Below, piece after piece: positions 57,427 through 64,000 of a DNA stretch of 64,000 bases. Below the pieces are notes generated by a model. That model made no database searches. It saw only the letters and a list, made by a program, of their open reading frames with translations, and was not told the origin of the DNA. Positions within the stretch are counted from its first letter, which is position 1, and each line of letters starts with the position of its first letter. This stretch comes from Amoebidium appalachense (taxonomy: Eukaryota > Protista > Ichthyosporea): assembly GCA_963693365.1 (NCBI GenBank), contig CAVNZM010000005.1:3471716-3535715 (forward strand). The letters run 5' to 3'. The translations under genes were made by a program, and so were the position numbers.

Positions 57427-57582
57427 AAAAAAAAAAAAAAACGTCTATCTAGCATACTCTTGAGAGGTCTCGTTTCCTTTCTTTTCGGTTCGTTTCTTTT
57501 TCTTCCCCGCATAAGCACATGACACTGTCTGTTCTAATTGTTCTGATTGTTCGCACGCACATGCCTTTCTTCCCCCTCCCCT

Positions 57583-57620
<38 letters not shown>

Positions 57621-57702
57621 CATGCATACTCTTGTGTGGCTTGCACTCTGCATCATTTTATCCGTTATGAATGTGTAATCCCTACTCTATAGCGCTTACT
57701 AG

Positions 57703-57752
<50 letters not shown>

Positions 57753-58055
57753 ATTTTTCTTGCTTCCTGCCTACTGCATGTGTATCTCAAATAGTTTCTA
57801 AGATGAATGGGTCGAAACTTGGGTAATGCGATGACCAAGCCCCTACTAAGGATGGGCCCCACACTCTTTATGTGTGTTCTCTTGTGCAACCTCTGCATTC
57901 TGTTGCTCTTTTCGTGAATATCATACGATGTAACGAGTCCTCACCATCCCCCCCCCCCCCCTCCTCCTCCTCCTCCTCCCCCCCTCCCTCCCTCCCCCCC
58001 CCTCCCCCCCCCCCCCCCCCCCCCCCCCTTCCTCGGGAACACATCAAACCCACAG

Positions 58056-61529
<3,474 letters not shown>

Positions 61530-61931
61530 CTTAAATAACGAGTATGGGGGTTCATTTCCCTGTTCCATCATTGGTGTGTTAATAGATGCTATCGGTGTTT
61601 TTGGTGCTGTGTCTACGAGACCGGGTCAATTTTTTGGGCGCTCCAGTGAGTTTGTGTGTGGTGGAATAAAAGACCATGCTGCTGTTGACCAGTTGGCTGA
61701 AAAGTGATGAAATTCGAGGACTCATGTTCCAGGATCAAACACCTTATCATCACCTCCCCCCCCCCCCCCCCCCCCTCCCCCCCCCCCCCCCCCCCCCACA
61801 CACACACACATACACACGTACACGTGCACGTGCACACCCACCCACCCACGAACGCCCATGCAATGGCACACACACGTACTTGGACGACCGCACACACAAT
61901 CACAGAGCGCAAACACACACACACACATACA

Positions 61932-61989
<58 letters not shown>

Positions 61990-62669
61990 CACACACACAG
62001 ACATTCACATGATGTCATGCCGTGAAACTTTCATAAACATATGCCCGTATTGCTTGTTCATGCATGCACGTACGTGCACGGTACACACGCACAGACGCAC
62101 ACATGTTCACGTGTACATATGCACAAATGTACACTAGTTTTCGTGTACACATGCATATGCACACACGACATGCACACATCCACATGCACAAACACACGCT
62201 CCACAAACAAACATACGTCGCGGCTACTCTTCTGGGCCTGGCACTGCCTGACTGCCTGGCTGCAGCGAGGGTATTGCATGGCCGCGGCACGTGCACGCGT
62301 GACGACGAAGCACGATGCGAGCACGTACATACACGTGGCACGCGATTTCAATTGAGAACTTGTGACCACTGTACACGTGTGAACGTTGGCGATCAAAAGG
62401 AAAAGATAGTGGTGCGTTTCGGTCCAATCGTGTTGGCTTTGTGTAATGTTTTGTAATGAGGACCGGCGACTGCCGGGCCGATCTGGCCCGAACCGGATCA
62501 GGATGACCCGGTCTGAGGGCGCGTGAGCCTGTGGCTCACGCTCATCAGAATGATATCCGACGGCGCCTGAATAAAGACGTCATCCCCCTGTGTACACGTA
62601 GGGAACAACTCTGTAGTACAAGTCTCGTCCTTCTTTACATGGTAGCAGAGATTTTACAGTTTTAGTTTG

Positions 62670-64000
62670 CGCAACCTTTCGAAGTGCCAACAGAAGTCTT
62701 TTTTGAACACCGTCGGCGAACGGTTGTGCGGTTCACTTCGAAGGTTCTGGCACGCTTTTATAGCACACGTGATACCGCAAAGTCACGTGTTTGCATCCAT
62801 GTATGGCATATGCAAAAACGGCCGGGGTTGGCTTTTGCAGCCAGCGTGGCAGACTCAGGCCTTCCTGGGGGGATGCTTGTGAGAGCATAGTCGTAGAGAT
62901 TCGCATGTTGTGTGAAGATCCAAAGGGTTGTTGTGGAGCGAAAAGGTTGACATATAAGTTCCCTTCCAAAAACATGAAAAAGTAGAGTGGCTATGGTGTT
63001 GGTTTGCTCTTAGTTGTCTAGACACGACGCACGGGGAAGTGCTTTCCAGCAGGCCAGACAAAGAACCGGTAAGTTGTCTTTATAAAGTCCGGAACGTTCG
63101 TGGGCAGATCTCTGCAACGGGGTTGTCGTTTACAAAGTAGCACACATACTCGTTAACACTATCGAGCACACGAACCGTTGAATTCTCTTCCTTTACTGTC
63201 TTCGTGTTATTTCCACTCTATATCATAATGCCTGGGGGTACACGGTTCTATGCGCATGCATCCTCCCTGCATATTTTAGACAAGCACACTGAGCCCTTAT
63301 CCTACCCTCTTTCAGATGCTCCTACCGTTGAATTTGGACAGCCTAAAAACGTATATCCCCCCCCTCCCCCCCCCCCTCCCCCCCCCCCCCCCCCCCCCCG
63401 CCCCCCGCCCTCCCCCCCCCCTTTTGTTATTCCTGTCGCCCACGCTCCCCTCAACCTGCTTCTCTATGTTTTGAGATCGACGCCTCTCTTGGTCACATAT
63501 GCACGAAATCCGCCCTCCCAGCAACCCCCTTCCCAACCTGCCCCCCCTCCCCCCTCCCCCTCCCCCTCTCCTCCCCTCTCTCTCTCTCTCTCTCCCCCCC
63601 TCCCCCAACACCACTACCAAAACCCTCTCTAAACACCCTGGTTGTCACCCATTTCTCATGTTGGTCGATTTTTTATATGCATATGTCTGTAGTTGGCCGC
63701 CTGAGTATCATGCGCAGGAACTCATTTGTTTGACCGGGCAGCCAACATGACACCGCACGGAGCAATGCACCGAGACAAGTTTGTGGAGATTACTCCTGAT
63801 ACCGGCTACGGCATGATATCCGCAACGACAGCAACAAGTGCATGGATCTTGCTTTTGTCATATTGGAGGTTGCAGTGGACGAGTTGGACCTGGGCAAGAC
63901 AGAGCCGCCCTTTACCTTCAATTTTGCGATCATTCAAAGCCAGACTGGCACAGGTCTCCGCCCAGGCTTTGCTTGTTCTCATGCTGGTCTTGTCTCCCCC
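62670..64000 (+). other. Possible degraded spliced gene or transposon ORF running off the window
   Basis: Donor gtaagt at ~63069, micro-exon-like 63317-63351 and protein-like frames from ~63720, but with stops and frame changes. No recognisable domain. Confidence 0.25.

Overview
This is eukaryotic, intron-rich genomic DNA. Introns are packed with poly-C/poly-G and (CA)n tracts, so most ORF-track entries are low-complexity artefacts. A unicellular opisthokont such as an ichthyosporean is only a guess. Five spliced host genes were rebuilt by hand: a PhyH-family Fe(II)/2OG dioxygenase (minus, runs off the left edge), two head-to-head secreted EGF + Thr-mucin + tyrosinase paralogues, an ankyrin + GATA zinc-finger factor with an eh1-like motif, and a probable mitoribosomal mL40. 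Positions 30.6-48.5 kb form a nested transposon cluster. It holds a gag-only Copia-like LTR element, two related ~1.3-1.5 kb non-coding LTR elements, a degenerate LINE interrupted by a spliced PIF/Harbinger transposon and a 950-bp nested palindrome, and a foldback element. Top leads: (1) the young non-coding LTR element at 33615-34886 has a hammerhead-ribozyme core at the start of each LTR, a retrozyme-like layout described in plants; (2) a multi-copy ~160-nt intronic element shows compensatory base changes and a pseudoknot, always on the host sense strand; (3) the two small LTR elements share a pseudoknotted internal motif. All alignments and folds were done by eye and none were computed.
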